Shown one piece after another: positions 8,716 through 18,494 of a DNA stretch of 59,183 bases. The position numbers and the translations under genes are program-made. Origin of the DNA: Chthoniobacteraceae bacterium (GTDB lineage Bacteria; Verrucomicrobiota; Verrucomicrobiia; Chthoniobacterales; Chthoniobacteraceae); assembly GCA_031409335.1 (NCBI GenBank), contig JANNWY010000230.1:1-59183 (forward strand). The letters are read 5' to 3'. The stretch's first letter is position 1, and each line of letters starts with the position of its first letter. The notes under the pieces are model-generated. The model did not search any database. It was given only the letters and a program-made list of their open reading frames with translations, and was not told where the DNA came from.

Positions 8716-9699
8716 ATGGGCAATCTTTACAACAACATCGTCGAAACCGTCGGCAAAACGCCGCTCGTGAAACTCAACCGCGTCACTGCCGGGCTCGATG
8801 CCACGATTGCTTTGAAGCTCGAGTTTTTTAATCCGCTCGGCTCCGTGAAAGACCGCATCGGCATGGCCATGATCGAGGCGGCGGAGCGCGACGGGACTTT
8901 GAAAAAAGACACCACCATCGTCGAGCCGACGAGTGGGAACACGGGCATCGCGCTTGCCTTCGTCGCCGCCGCGAAAGGCTACAAACTCATCCTCACCATG
9001 CCCGAGACGATGTCGCTCGAGCGCCGCACTTTGCTCGCGATGCTCGGTGCGAAACTCGTGCTCACGCCCGGCGCGGAGGGAATGAAAGGCGCCATCGCGA
9101 AAGCCGAGGAGCTCGTGAAAAATACGCCTGGCGCGTGGATGCCGCAGCAGTTTAACAATCCCGCGAATCCCGAAATCCATCGCAAGACCACCGCGGAAGA
9201 AATCTGGAACGACACCGACGGGAAAGTGGACATATTCATCTCCGCCGTCGGCACGGGCGGGACGATTTCCGGCGTGGTCGAAGTCCTCAAACCGCGCAAA
9301 GCCGGCTTCCAAGCCATCGCGGTGGAACCGGCGGATTCGCCCGTCATCAATCAAACCCTCGCCGGCCAGCCCGTGAAACCCGGCCCGCACAAAATCCAGG
9401 GCACCGGCGCCGGATTCGTCCCGAATAATCTTCACCTCAAAGACGCCGCCGGAAATCCGCAAATCGTCGAGTGCATCAAAGTTTCAAACGACGACGCCTT
9501 CGCGATGGCGCGACGCCTTGCCAAAGAGGAAGGCATCCTCGCAGGCATCAGCACGGGTGCGAACGTGGTCGCCGCCATCGAGGTCGCCAAGCGGCCCGAG
9601 AACAAAGGCAAGCTGATCGTCACCATCGCCTGCTCGACCGGCGAGCGTTACCTCTCGACCGCCCTCGCCGCCGAAGCGCGCGCGGAAGTCGGCGGGTAG
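8716..9699 (+). CDS. cysK: Cysteine synthase A
   Basis: [10 protein letters not shown] (PLP lysine), [29 protein letters not shown] at 8716. Confidence 0.95.
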   Translation: MGNLYNNIVETVGKTPLVKLNRVTAGLDATIALKLEFFNPLGSVKDRIGMAMIEAAERDGTLKKDTTIVEPTSGNTGIALAFVAAAKGYKLILTMPETMSLERRTLLAMLGAKLVLTPGAEGMKGAIAKAEELVKNTPGAWMPQQFNNPANPEIHRKTTAEEIWNDTDGKVDIFISAVGTGGTISGVVEVLKPRKAGFQAIAVEPADSPVINQTLAGQPVKPGPHKIQGTGAGFVPNNLHLKDAAGNPQIVECIKVSNDDAFAMARRLAKEEGILAGISTGANVVAAIEVAKRPENKGKLIVTIACSTGERYLSTALAAEARAEVGG

Positions 9700-10271
9700 G
9701 CCAGCGCGAGAAAGAGCAATCCGCCGAGCACTCCGCCCGCGTGGCAGACTGCGATGGGCGTGCCGAGCAATCCGAAATGGAACGCGGCGAGCATGGCGTT
9801 TCCGGTCAGCGCTTCGAGGCAGGATTTGCAGAGCACCAATCCGAGACTGAGCGCTCCGTAAACGCGGTCGCGTTTGCTGGCGATCAGCTCGATGGCGGTG
9901 ATCGCGAGCAACCCATGGGCGATTCCTGACAGCCCGCAAAGGCCGATGTCGGCGACGAGCGGGCACGCGAGCCACGCCATGCCGACGCTCCCGAGCGCGC
10001 ACGCGGCGACGGCGCCAATCCGAAAGGAGCGCGTTCTGTTTTCGAATGAGCGATACAGGATTAGAAATGACACGCCATCGAGCAGCAGATGATACCACGA
10101 GACGTGCGCGAGTGGGTGCGTGAAGACACGCCACCATGCGCCCGCGGCGACGGCGCGCGGGAGAAACGCGAAGGTGCCCGTGGAGTGGCCAGGCAGCAGC
10201 GGTGCATTGCAAACGAGCAGCAGGATGGCAAAGACGCGCAGTTCGTCGCGGAGCTGATTTTGGTCGCGCAT
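9648..10271 (-). CDS. Rhombosortase-like rhomboid intramembrane serine protease
   Basis: [20 protein letters not shown], catalytic GLSG, C-terminal HAGG; next to a GlyGly-CTERM-like gene. Confidence 0.8.
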   Translation of the reverse strand: MRDQNQLRDELRVFAILLLVCNAPLLPGHSTGTFAFLPRAVAAGAWWRVFTHPLAHVSWYHLLLDGVSFLILYRSFENRTRSFRIGAVAACALGSVGMAWLACPLVADIGLCGLSGIAHGLLAITAIELIASKRDRVYGALSLGLVLCKSCLEALTGNAMLAAFHFGLLGTPIAVCHAGGVLGGLLFLALAYPPTSARASAARAVER

Positions 10272-10273
10272 GG

Positions 10274-10558
10274 TTACGCTTGTTTGAATCCGTGCCGACC
10301 TGCCAGGGCGGCTCCGCCGAGCGCGAGGAATCCGGCGATCGCATAGCCGATGCGCCACGGTCTGCGTTGTACGACGGGCGGCTCAAAGCTGGCCGCAAAA
10401 CCGAAGGCGCAGAACGCGGCGAAGGCGAGCAGCCACAGGCAAAAGATCGCGCTGCCCAGTTTCCGAGTCGCCGAGCCCGCTGGGCAAAACAGTCCGATGG
10501 CCGAGGCGATGCCGATGGCGTTGAGGATGAAAATGATCGCGAGGAGCGTGTGGTTCAT
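10274..10558 (-). CDS. Small three-helix membrane protein (94 aa)
   Basis: MNHTLLAIIFIL... three hydrophobic segments; stop 2 nt before the rhombosortase ATG. Confidence 0.6.
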   Translation of the reverse strand: MNHTLLAIIFILNAIGIASAIGLFCPAGSATRKLGSAIFCLWLLAFAAFCAFGFAASFEPPVVQRRPWRIGYAIAGFLALGGAALAGRHGFKQA

Positions 10559-10635
10559 ATCGTTCGCCGGGTGGCCCGGCAGAAAGAGTGCGTGGTGCCG
10601 CCGCCCAGAGCATGTGGCGTTTTTTTCACGTTGAG

Positions 10636-12735
10636 TTACGCGTTGGCGGACGCCTTCTGCCTGCGCCGCGCGAGCCAGGCCGTGAGCGCGACGAAAAGGG
10701 GTCCGACCGGTCCCGAGCCTCCACCACCACTGCTGCTGGGTGCGGGCACTTGAAAGTCGCGGCTTTGGCTGCGGCTCGGCGCGGGCTGGGAAATCGGTGG
10801 GTGATTTGCGGCGACAGTCGTCGTCGGCAAAGTGGGAGTCGCGGCGGCGGCGAGGGCGGGTTGCGGGCCGAGTTCCTGGATCGCGCGGTCGCGGATCAGC
10901 GACAGTTGCTTCTCCCGCTCGGCCTGCGAGGTGCGGTCGCGACTCGTCCGATCGGCATTCCGGCGCGAGATTTTCCACCGCTGATATTCGCCGTCATTTT
11001 CCAGCACGAGAAAGGACGTGTATTCGCTCACGATCGAAAATTCCTCGCCGAGCCTCACGACATCCGGGATGACCGGTGCGCGCGAACCGTTGCGATCCGC
11101 CGTTTTGAGCAGGCCATCCATCCGCTTCCACGCCCACATGCGCTCGATCTCGGGATTGGTCGCGTCGTCCTGTGGAAAATCCAGTTCCGCACTTTGCTCC
11201 CACGCCTTTCCATTCAGGCTCGCGCGCAGGGCGATCGTTCCTTTTCCCGCGCCGCGGTAGCGACCGTACACGCGGACCGGCGCGCCGTGGTAGAGATTGG
11301 GAAGTTGCTGCGGTTCGAGCGCGGTGATTTCGATGCCACGCACGTCGAGCTTCAAATCGGTCGCGACCGGATTCAGCAGCTTGCGATGAAACGCTTTCGC
11401 CTGGCGGCTGAAGTCATCGCCACGCGAAAGGAACGCGGCCAGTCCGCCGGAATCGTTGGCGAGTTGTTCGAGCAGGGGACGGTTCACGTCGTTGCCGACG
11501 CCGATGCAGAAGACCTTCGCGTTGCGCGGGCGCTGCTGGATGAGCTGGAGGATCGCGTGGCGCTCGCTCTGCTCGGTGAGGCCGTCGCTGAGGATCACGA
11601 CGTTCAGCGGGCGATCGGCGTCCGCGTATTTGTAGGCCGTGGTGATCGCCGGATTCAGCACCGTGCCGCCCTGCGCCTGCACGGAAGCGAGGAAGCCAAG
11701 CGCGGCGGTTTTGTTCGTGTCATCGGCGGGGCGCTTTTCGTTGAACGCGAGCGCGGGCGCGATGTTGAACGCCATCACTTCAAAGCGATCGTGCGCGCCG
11801 AGTTCGGCGATGAATGCGCCGAGGCAATCCTTCGACAGGAGCAGCTTGCCGTCGTCGCGCATCGAGCCAGAGACATCGAGGACGAAAACATAGTCCGCGC
11901 CGGTGTTTTGCTGTTTCAGATCTTCGCCCCCAGTCAGGGTCAGCGTGAAAAAGCCATCCTCGCCCGCCCGCGCCGACGTCAGAATATCCACGCCCGTTTT
12001 CGGACGCGAGAACTGCTGCGCGATGACGACATCCTGCGCGAGCGAGCCGTCCTTCGCCTCGAAGCTCGCCTGCGCGTAATTCTCCGAGTGCTTTGCCACG
12101 ACGAACCCTGTGCGGTGGCTCGGGCTTTCCAGCGTGGTGATCGGCACGGCGGATTTCGCATCCACGCTGATCGCGAAACGTCCGCTCACACGACTGTCCG
12201 GGCGGCCGCGCGTGGTCGTCGCAAGCGGATAAACGTAGGTCGCCCAATCGTGATCGAACTCGAGTTCCTGGTAGTAGGTGACCTGCACCTTTTGATCCGC
12301 GCCCGCCGCGATCGGGAAGACGCGCATTTCAAAAGTCCGGTAGTCCGTCTGCTCCAGCAGCCCCGGATCGCGCTGCTTCTGTTTGTAGCTGCTGTAGATT
12401 TCGCGGGCGCGGGCTTTCTCGACGACTTCGCCGACCATTTCCCTGCCGCCGATCCACATGCTGAAGTTCGATACCGACGCGCCTTTCGGCACGGGAAACG
12501 TGTAGAGCGCCTCGACGGGCCGCCGCTCGGTATTGTGAAAAACCTGCGTGACGGTGGTGACGGCGATGCCGTTATTCAGCGCGACTTTCACATCGTGCTC
12601 CTTGATTTCGAGGATTCCGCCGAGCCCACCATCGGCGATGAGCAGGCCGGCGGCGTGGACGGTGGGCGGGCTGATGATGGCGAGGCCGGTGAGGCAAGTG
12701 CGGGCAAGGCGATGGGTGAGTGTGGTGAGTTTCAT
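10636..12735 (-). CDS. Secreted VIT + von Willebrand A domain protein with GlyGly-CTERM-like tail
   Basis: Signal peptide, VIT (EALYTFPVP..ASV, DPGLLEQ), MIDAS DVSGSM and LSDG, tail SSSGGGGSGPVGPLFVALTAWLARRRQK; ATG at 12735. Confidence 0.88.
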   Translation of the reverse strand: MKLTTLTHRLARTCLTGLAIISPPTVHAAGLLIADGGLGGILEIKEHDVKVALNNGIAVTTVTQVFHNTERRPVEALYTFPVPKGASVSNFSMWIGGREMVGEVVEKARAREIYSSYKQKQRDPGLLEQTDYRTFEMRVFPIAAGADQKVQVTYYQELEFDHDWATYVYPLATTTRGRPDSRVSGRFAISVDAKSAVPITTLESPSHRTGFVVAKHSENYAQASFEAKDGSLAQDVVIAQQFSRPKTGVDILTSARAGEDGFFTLTLTGGEDLKQQNTGADYVFVLDVSGSMRDDGKLLLSKDCLGAFIAELGAHDRFEVMAFNIAPALAFNEKRPADDTNKTAALGFLASVQAQGGTVLNPAITTAYKYADADRPLNVVILSDGLTEQSERHAILQLIQQRPRNAKVFCIGVGNDVNRPLLEQLANDSGGLAAFLSRGDDFSRQAKAFHRKLLNPVATDLKLDVRGIEITALEPQQLPNLYHGAPVRVYGRYRGAGKGTIALRASLNGKAWEQSAELDFPQDDATNPEIERMWAWKRMDGLLKTADRNGSRAPVIPDVVRLGEEFSIVSEYTSFLVLENDGEYQRWKISRRNADRTSRDRTSQAEREKQLSLIRDRAIQELGPQPALAAAATPTLPTTTVAANHPPISQPAPSRSQSRDFQVPAPSSSGGGGSGPVGPLFVALTAWLARRRQKASANA

Positions 12736-12786
12736 GTTTCGTAGTGGTGTGAATGACCAGCATTTTGCCGGACGGGAGAGGGCATT

Positions 12787-12802
12787 AACATGGGCCGTGC
12801 CA
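12787..12802 (-). promoter_or_regulatory. Putative sigma-54 -24/-12 promoter for the VIT/vWA operon
   Basis: Minus strand TGGCACGGCCCATGTT: perfect -24 TGGCACG, GT instead of GC at -12; IHF-like TAAGTATTGTTT at 12834-12845 lies upstream. Confidence 0.5.
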
Positions 12803-12927
12803 CCGTTTCCTGGCGTGAAGCTAAACCGCAGGCTAAGTATTGTTTGTGTCGCAAACTGGCCCTCCGCCCGGATTGATCCGAATCGTAGCACTCGACATAA
12901 AATGCCAGGTGGCTAGACGTTTTCTGC

Positions 12928-14397
12928 ATGACGAAACCGAAACGACTCTCCGCCGCGGATCGTGATTTCTGCGCGCTCGTCGCGCGCACCGCGTTCACCA
13001 ATCCGTTTGGCGACGAGTTCCCCGAGCTTTACCGAAAGATCGGCGGCTCCGCGACGGAACGCGATGCGCGCTTGAAAGTGCGCGCGGCGGTGAGTGCGCG
13101 ACTGGAAAAGGCGGCGCTCACGCGGCTCGATGTGTTGAATGGAGCAGAGCGGGAAATGGTCGGCGTGGTTTTCCTGTTCGACGTTTACCAGCGCTACTAC
13201 GAACCGCTCGAATCGCTCGTCGCCGCGCAAATCGCGGCGGGCGATGAACCGGTGCCCGTGCCGTTCGCGAGCGAGGCGATCGTGCTGCTTCGCAGCCGCG
13301 ATTTCTCCGCGGAGGAAGCGCACAGGTTCTTTGCGATCTTCTTCCAGATTCGCCGCGCCGCGCATTTCATCGGGCAAGGACTGATCGGACGGAGCGCTTC
13401 GATGAAGGAGTTGCGCCGGCATTTATGGCAGAACGTTTTCACGCACGACATGCGCGCGTATGAACGCCATTTGTGGAATCGCATGGAGGATTTTTCCACG
13501 ATGCTCCTCGGCGAAACTGGCACGGGGAAAGGGGCCGCCGCGGCGGCGATCGGCCGCTCCGGGTTCATTCCGTTCGATGAGCGCAAAGGCGCGTTCGCCG
13601 AAAGTTTCACGCGCGGTTTTGTGTCGCTGAATCTTTCGCAGTTTCCCGAGACGCTCATCGAGGCCGAGTTGTTCGGCCATCGGAAGGGCGCATTCACCGG
13701 CGCGGTCGAGGCGCACGAAGGCGTGTTCGCGCGATGCAGCCCGCACGGCGCCATTTTTCTCGATGAGATCGGCGATGTCGGCGTACCCGTGCAGATCAAG
13801 CTGCTGCAAGTTTTGCAGGAGCGCGTTTTCTCGCCGGTGGGAAGTCGCGAGCGGGTGCGCTTTCGCGGACGCGTGATCGCCGCGACGAATCGCCCACTGG
13901 AGGAATTGCGCCAGCGCGGGCTCTTTCGCGACGACTTCTACTACCGGCTCTGCTCGGACACGATCACGATGCCGTCGCTGCGCGAGCGTCTGCGCGAAGA
14001 CCCGCGCGAACTCGACGACCTGCTCGGATCGCTCATCACGCGGATGATCGGCACGCCGCAGCCCGAGCTGGTCGCGATCGTGCGCACTTCGCTCGCGGAG
14101 TCCGTCGGGCGCGATTTTCCGTGGCCGGGAAATGTGCGCGAACTCGAGCAAGCCGTCCGCCGCGTCCTGCTAAAACGCCGCTATGAAGTCGGTGTGCGCG
14201 CGACCGCGTCGAACCGCGGCGCTGCGTTTTTGGCGGCAGTGGAAGCGCGCTCGCTCGATGCGGATGCGCTCCTCGCCGGCTACTGCGCGCTGCACTATGC
14301 GCAGTGCAAAAACTACGAGGAAGTCGCCCGTCGCACCGGTCTCGATCGCCGCACCGTGCGGAAGTACCTGGCGCACGATGGCGGCAGTCGTCGCTGA
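12928..14397 (+). CDS. Sigma-54-dependent transcriptional activator (AAA+ enhancer-binding protein)
   Basis: GETGTGKG, ELFGHRKGAFTGA, FLDEIG, FRDDFYYRL, WPGNVRELE, C-terminal HTH. Confidence 0.93.
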   Translation: MTKPKRLSAADRDFCALVARTAFTNPFGDEFPELYRKIGGSATERDARLKVRAAVSARLEKAALTRLDVLNGAEREMVGVVFLFDVYQRYYEPLESLVAAQIAAGDEPVPVPFASEAIVLLRSRDFSAEEAHRFFAIFFQIRRAAHFIGQGLIGRSASMKELRRHLWQNVFTHDMRAYERHLWNRMEDFSTMLLGETGTGKGAAAAAIGRSGFIPFDERKGAFAESFTRGFVSLNLSQFPETLIEAELFGHRKGAFTGAVEAHEGVFARCSPHGAIFLDEIGDVGVPVQIKLLQVLQERVFSPVGSRERVRFRGRVIAATNRPLEELRQRGLFRDDFYYRLCSDTITMPSLRERLREDPRELDDLLGSLITRMIGTPQPELVAIVRTSLAESVGRDFPWPGNVRELEQAVRRVLLKRRYEVGVRATASNRGAAFLAAVEARSLDADALLAGYCALHYAQCKNYEEVARRTGLDRRTVRKYLAHDGGSRR

Positions 14398-14459
14398 AGC
14401 CTGCGACAAAGTCGCCGCGTGGAAAGTGCGACCGCTTCCCGTGGGCGCGGGAAATCGCG

Positions 14460-15488
14460 GGCGGCGCTGGTGAAGTGCCGGTTTGCGCAGGGCGAGCTTC
14501 CGCCGGGCCGCGCCGTCGCGGAAGAGGCGCAACTTTTCCTCGCGGGGCAGTGCGCCGTGTCCAATCGCTTTCGTGACTGACCAACTCTAGATCGCCGGTC
14601 GTTTGTCCAGGATTTCCCGATAAATATCCGGCAATTGCTGCGAATAGCGTTGCGCGATGATTTTGAGATGGGGCTCGTGTGGCAATTCCGCGTCGCGTGA
14701 GCGTGGAAGCACATGAATGCGGAGGTATTTTTCCTCCCCGATTTCTCGCGCTGTTTTCCACCACTTTTGGACGCGTTCCTTTTCGGGCGTCCGGCCGAGC
14801 TGGCGCTCCAGCCAGTCATCGTTTTCGGCGTCGGCGATGAGATTGGCCAATAGGTCGCTGGCGAGTTCTCCGGCTCATTGGGCCAGTAAGACCACGCGAC
14901 CCCGCCGAGCAGCACTCCGGCGTGGTCGCCGGGACGACCGATATACGAAACCGTTTCGCGATGTTTCATCCACGCTCCGCCGCTGCTCACTGCGATGGGT
15001 CCGCTGCCGCGGAGAATTTTCTTCGATGCAGCGAGAAGTTTTGCGGCGAGGTCCGCGTGTCCTCGCAGGAAACATTGCACCGCCAGGGCGGGGCCGGGAT
15101 TCAGCGGGAATGTGGTGTTCCATTCAAAAGTCAGGTCTTAGACTTTCACTTTTTCCGCCGGGACGATTTTCAACGGGCCATCGCTTTTTGATGGCTCGAA
15201 TTTGCCGCGACAGGGGCCGACCAAAATCTCGGCTGGCGCGTTCGGCGTCGCAGGGTTCAGGACGAAGCCAAGCGCGTAGAGGGGCTTGTCTTTGCCGATG
15301 CCCTGGACTTCTTGCCATCCCGCCGGAATCCGCGCGAGGGGCGCATCCGGTGGTGGCAGCGGGAGGCTAAATTCACGGTAGAGACTCGCGAGTTTGTGGA
15401 AGTCCGGCGCGGGTTCGGACGGGCTTTGCTTTTCCGCAAAAGCGATTGAAACGCAGACGAAAACTGAAAGCAGCCATGAACGTTTCAT
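14460..15488 (-). pseudogene. Disrupted secreted protein gene (left boundary approximate)
   Basis: Signal peptide MKRSWLLSV at 15488; in-frame TAA 15138-15140 followed by DLTFEWNTTFPLNPGPALAVQCFLRG; frame change near 14870; in-frame TAG 14587-14589 followed by SWSVTKAIGHGALPREEKLRLF. Confidence 0.6.
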
Positions 15489-15591
15489 CAAGCCAACGAT
15501 GCCCACAGTTGGCGCGGGGTCACGGATTTTCACGCCTGTTGAGCGCCATCATACTTTACATTTGGCATAACCATTTGCATAGTATGCCGAC

Positions 15592-16722
15592 ATGATTTTC
15601 AGGCCCTTTTGGCGGCAGCGAATTGACGATGCTTGGCGCGAGGCTCCCATCGTGTGGCTTTGCGGCGTGCGACGCAGCGGGAAGACCACTCTGGCGGAGA
15701 GCCTCGGCGCGGAGCGCGTCCTTTACCTGAATTGCGATCTGCCGACGGTCGAGGACATGGTCTTCGATCCGCAGCTCTTCTTTCGGGGATGCTCAAAGCC
15801 CGTGGTGGTGTTCGATGAGATTCACCAGCTTCGCGATCCGGCCCGCGTTTTGAAGATCGGCGCGGACGGGTTTCCGAACTTGAAAATTCTCGCCACGGGC
15901 TCGTCCACGCTGGCGGCGAGCAAGAAATTCCGCGACACCCTGACGGGGCGAAAGCGCGTGGTGCATCTGCCGCCGGTGTTGTGGGATGAATTGACGGCTT
16001 TTGGAGTGACTCTGCCGCAGCGTTTGTCGCACGGCGGTCTTCCGCCCGCGCTGATGGCGGAGTCCAAAAAGCCGGCGTTTTACCGCGAGTGGATGGATTC
16101 ATTTTTCGCACGCGACATTCAGCGGCTTTTCGGTTTCCGGGATATGAATCGGTTCAACGCGCTGTTCGAATACCTGCTGCGCCAAAGCGGCGGACAGTTC
16201 GAGGTGACGAAGACTGCCACGGCGCTCGGCATCACGCGGCCCACGGTCGAGAGTCATGTGGGCGCGCTCGAAATCACGCACGCGGTGACGCTGGTGCGGC
16301 CTTTTCACGGCGGTGGCCAGAATGAACTGGTGAAGCAGCCGAAGGTATATGCTTTTGACACGGGTTTTGTGAGTTTTGCGCGCGGATGGGATCCGCTGCG
16401 GCAGGAGGATCTCGGCGTGTTGTGGGAGCATCTCGTTTTGGAACATTTGCAGGCGCATTTTCCGAATACTCCGGCGCGGTACTGGCGCGACAAGCAGGGG
16501 CGCGAAGTGGATTTCATCCTGACCCGTGGCCGCGATGAAGTGGATGTGATCGAATGCAAATGGAACAGCGCCGCATTCGACAGTTCCACCATCGAGGTCT
16601 TCCGCGGCTACTATCCTAAAGGCCGAAACTACTTGGTCACTCCGTCTGCCACGCCGGGTTACGCGAAGCGATTTGGCTCGCTTGAAGTGCGCGTCTGCAC
16701 GCCGTCGGAACTGCATCCCTAG
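15592..16722 (+). CDS. AAA_14 ATPase with DUF4143 nuclease-like C-terminus
   Basis: GVRRSGKTT, FDEIH, ATGSS, PKVYAFDTG, YWRDKQGREVDF...IECK. Confidence 0.88.
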   Translation: MIFRPFWRQRIDDAWREAPIVWLCGVRRSGKTTLAESLGAERVLYLNCDLPTVEDMVFDPQLFFRGCSKPVVVFDEIHQLRDPARVLKIGADGFPNLKILATGSSTLAASKKFRDTLTGRKRVVHLPPVLWDELTAFGVTLPQRLSHGGLPPALMAESKKPAFYREWMDSFFARDIQRLFGFRDMNRFNALFEYLLRQSGGQFEVTKTATALGITRPTVESHVGALEITHAVTLVRPFHGGGQNELVKQPKVYAFDTGFVSFARGWDPLRQEDLGVLWEHLVLEHLQAHFPNTPARYWRDKQGREVDFILTRGRDEVDVIECKWNSAAFDSSTIEVFRGYYPKGRNYLVTPSATPGYAKRFGSLEVRVCTPSELHP

Positions 16723-16732
16723 TTGCCGGCCT

Positions 16733-16828
16733 TTATTTCGCGTCGAGGATTTTTCGCACCTGGCTGCCGGTGTTTTCGAGGGCATCGAGGGAGCGCAGTT
16801 TTCCTTCGCGGTCGATTTCGGACGGTGT
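16733..16828 (-). pseudogene. Short C-terminal remnant resembling a TlpA/thioredoxin-like protein
   Basis: Own translation ...IDREGKLRSLDALENTGSQVRKILDAK*; no start. Confidence 0.3.
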
Positions 16829-16842
16829 GTTGGCGCGCAAAG

Positions 16843-16932
16843 TCGATGCGGATGCGCTCCTCGCCGGCTACTGCGCGCTGCACGATGTGCAATGCAAAAA
16901 CTGCGACGCAGTCGCCGCGAGGGAAGTGCGGC
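16843..16932 (+). repeat. Partial duplicate of the 3' end of the sigma-54 activator gene
   Basis: 16843-16883 is identical to 14255-14295 (41 nt); similarity continues to about 16916/14328. Confidence 0.85.
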
Positions 16933-17039
16933 ACGAACTTTTTGACGATCTCGATCCGTATCTCTGCCTCGTGGATGAACTCGCGGGCCGCGGCTGGCTC
17001 GCGCCAGATGTGGCCGCGCACGCGCTCTCGCGGGCGGGA

Positions 17040-18377
17040 TTACTCGGGCGGGAGCGGCTCGGCGAGGTCGGTGTTTTCGGCTGGGATCGTGATCGTCTCG
17101 GCGGCGTAGATCACCGTCACGTGGGCGCCGTCCTGCGAGATGATTTTGAATTGTGTGCCCGCCGCGATTTTTGCGCTGCCAAAGCGCAGCTTCACGTCGA
17201 AGGGCTTTGTGATGATCACGTGTGTCTTTGGCGTGGCGATCGTGGGCGCGGTTGGCGGGGAATCCATTGCCGCAGGCTCGGCGGTGGCCGTTTGGATCGG
17301 AATGCCGCTCGCCGCGCCGGGCTGGGGCACTTCCGCGCGTGGCGGTTCAGCGGGCGGATTCTCGGGTGCGCGGGCGGGTGCCTCGGGTTTTTTCGGCGGC
17401 TCCGGCGCGGGCGGCGTTTGCGCGCCGCTACCGGTGAAATCCGGCGCCTCCTGCACTGGCTCGGTGGTGAAAAACTGCACGCCGACGTACAACGCGAGCA
17501 ACAGGGCGAGCCCAAAAACCGCTCCGCGAATCAACGCGGCCAGCGGGGACGGCCCGGTGTAAGGCCGCGCGGCCGCGCCGCTCTGCAACTTCTCCGTGGC
17601 GATCTTCGGTCCGCGCGGATAGGTCAGCTTGCCGCGCCATTCCTTGCGCACGAGTTCCGGGAATTTTTCCGCGACCGCGGGAAAGAAATAGCTTCGCCCC
17701 GCGGTGGTTTCATTCGCGTCCCAGTTCGGATGATTCACATCGAGAAATCCGATGAGCACCTGGCAGTGCGCCTTCGTCACGCCATCCAAACACTCCGCGC
17801 CCTCGCGCTGGCACGCGTCGAAAAAGCGGTTCGCGCGGTCCTCTTTTCTCGCCTGCACCTCGGCGGCAAAAATATCCGGGTGCAGCCGGAGCCGGTCGGT
17901 ATTCCACTGGACCACGCGCGGGCTCAGCTTTGGATCCTCCATCGCTTCGTTCACGAGCACTGCGGCGCGTTCCTTGGTCGTGTCGCTGGAAAATGCGATG
18001 CCGAGGTAAGTCAGAAACGCCTTCTGCTTCGCGGTCGCTGTGCCACCCGCCAGGATCTCAGTGGGAACGATTTCTTCCACGAGTAACTGTTCGATCGTCA
18101 CTTCCTCGACCTCCTCGAATTGCGGCTCTCCGACTGGCACCGTCTCACTGCGCAACTCTTCAATCTGAGTCTCCTCAATCTGAGTCTCCTCGACGAGCGC
18201 CTCCTCGACCGGCGCGCTTGCGGGGTAAAGCACCTGGACCAGCGGACTCCACGAGATCAGGCCCGGAGTCCACGCGAGATCATTGATCTCGATCGTGCCT
18301 TGTTTTAGAAATCCCTGAGTCATCTCCTCGTTAAAGGGGCCAAACTCTTTTCCATCTCGCAGGAGGTAAATGTCCAT
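17040..18377 (-). CDS. GYF_2/DUF4339-domain membrane protein with Pro-rich linker
   Basis: IYLLRDGKEFGPF...LAWTPGL..W.PL N-terminus, one TM helix, Pro-rich segment. Confidence 0.75.
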   Translation of the reverse strand: MDIYLLRDGKEFGPFNEEMTQGFLKQGTIEINDLAWTPGLISWSPLVQVLYPASAPVEEALVEETQIEETQIEELRSETVPVGEPQFEEVEEVTIEQLLVEEIVPTEILAGGTATAKQKAFLTYLGIAFSSDTTKERAAVLVNEAMEDPKLSPRVVQWNTDRLRLHPDIFAAEVQARKEDRANRFFDACQREGAECLDGVTKAHCQVLIGFLDVNHPNWDANETTAGRSYFFPAVAEKFPELVRKEWRGKLTYPRGPKIATEKLQSGAAARPYTGPSPLAALIRGAVFGLALLLALYVGVQFFTTEPVQEAPDFTGSGAQTPPAPEPPKKPEAPARAPENPPAEPPRAEVPQPGAASGIPIQTATAEPAAMDSPPTAPTIATPKTHVIITKPFDVKLRFGSAKIAAGTQFKIISQDGAHVTVIYAAETITIPAENTDLAEPLPPE

Positions 18378-18494
18378 GTTCACGTCAAATCCAGACGTTC
18401 TGACCGGCCGTTTATTAGACGAAACGCAGCCGCCTCGTCATGATGAACGCGTGGTTCCGTGGTGCCGACAATTCCTCCCGCCTGTTCGGCGGGA

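Noticed and set aside
10588..12744. 718-aa plus-strand ORF and similar long overlapping ORFs (e.g. 46587-48518, 26009-27232)
   Set aside because: Shadows or alternate frames of well-supported genes
14587..15140. In-frame stops as evidence of genetic-code reassignment
   Set aside because: Mixed TAA/TAG plus a frameshift, and both codons terminate normal genes elsewhere in the window
15592..16722. AAA-DUF4143 gene as a defined anti-phage system
   Set aside because: Widespread stand-alone family with no partner genes here; function cannot be supported from sequence
18155..18195. 15-nt tandem duplication (EETQIEETQIEE)
   Set aside because: In-frame low-complexity linker variation
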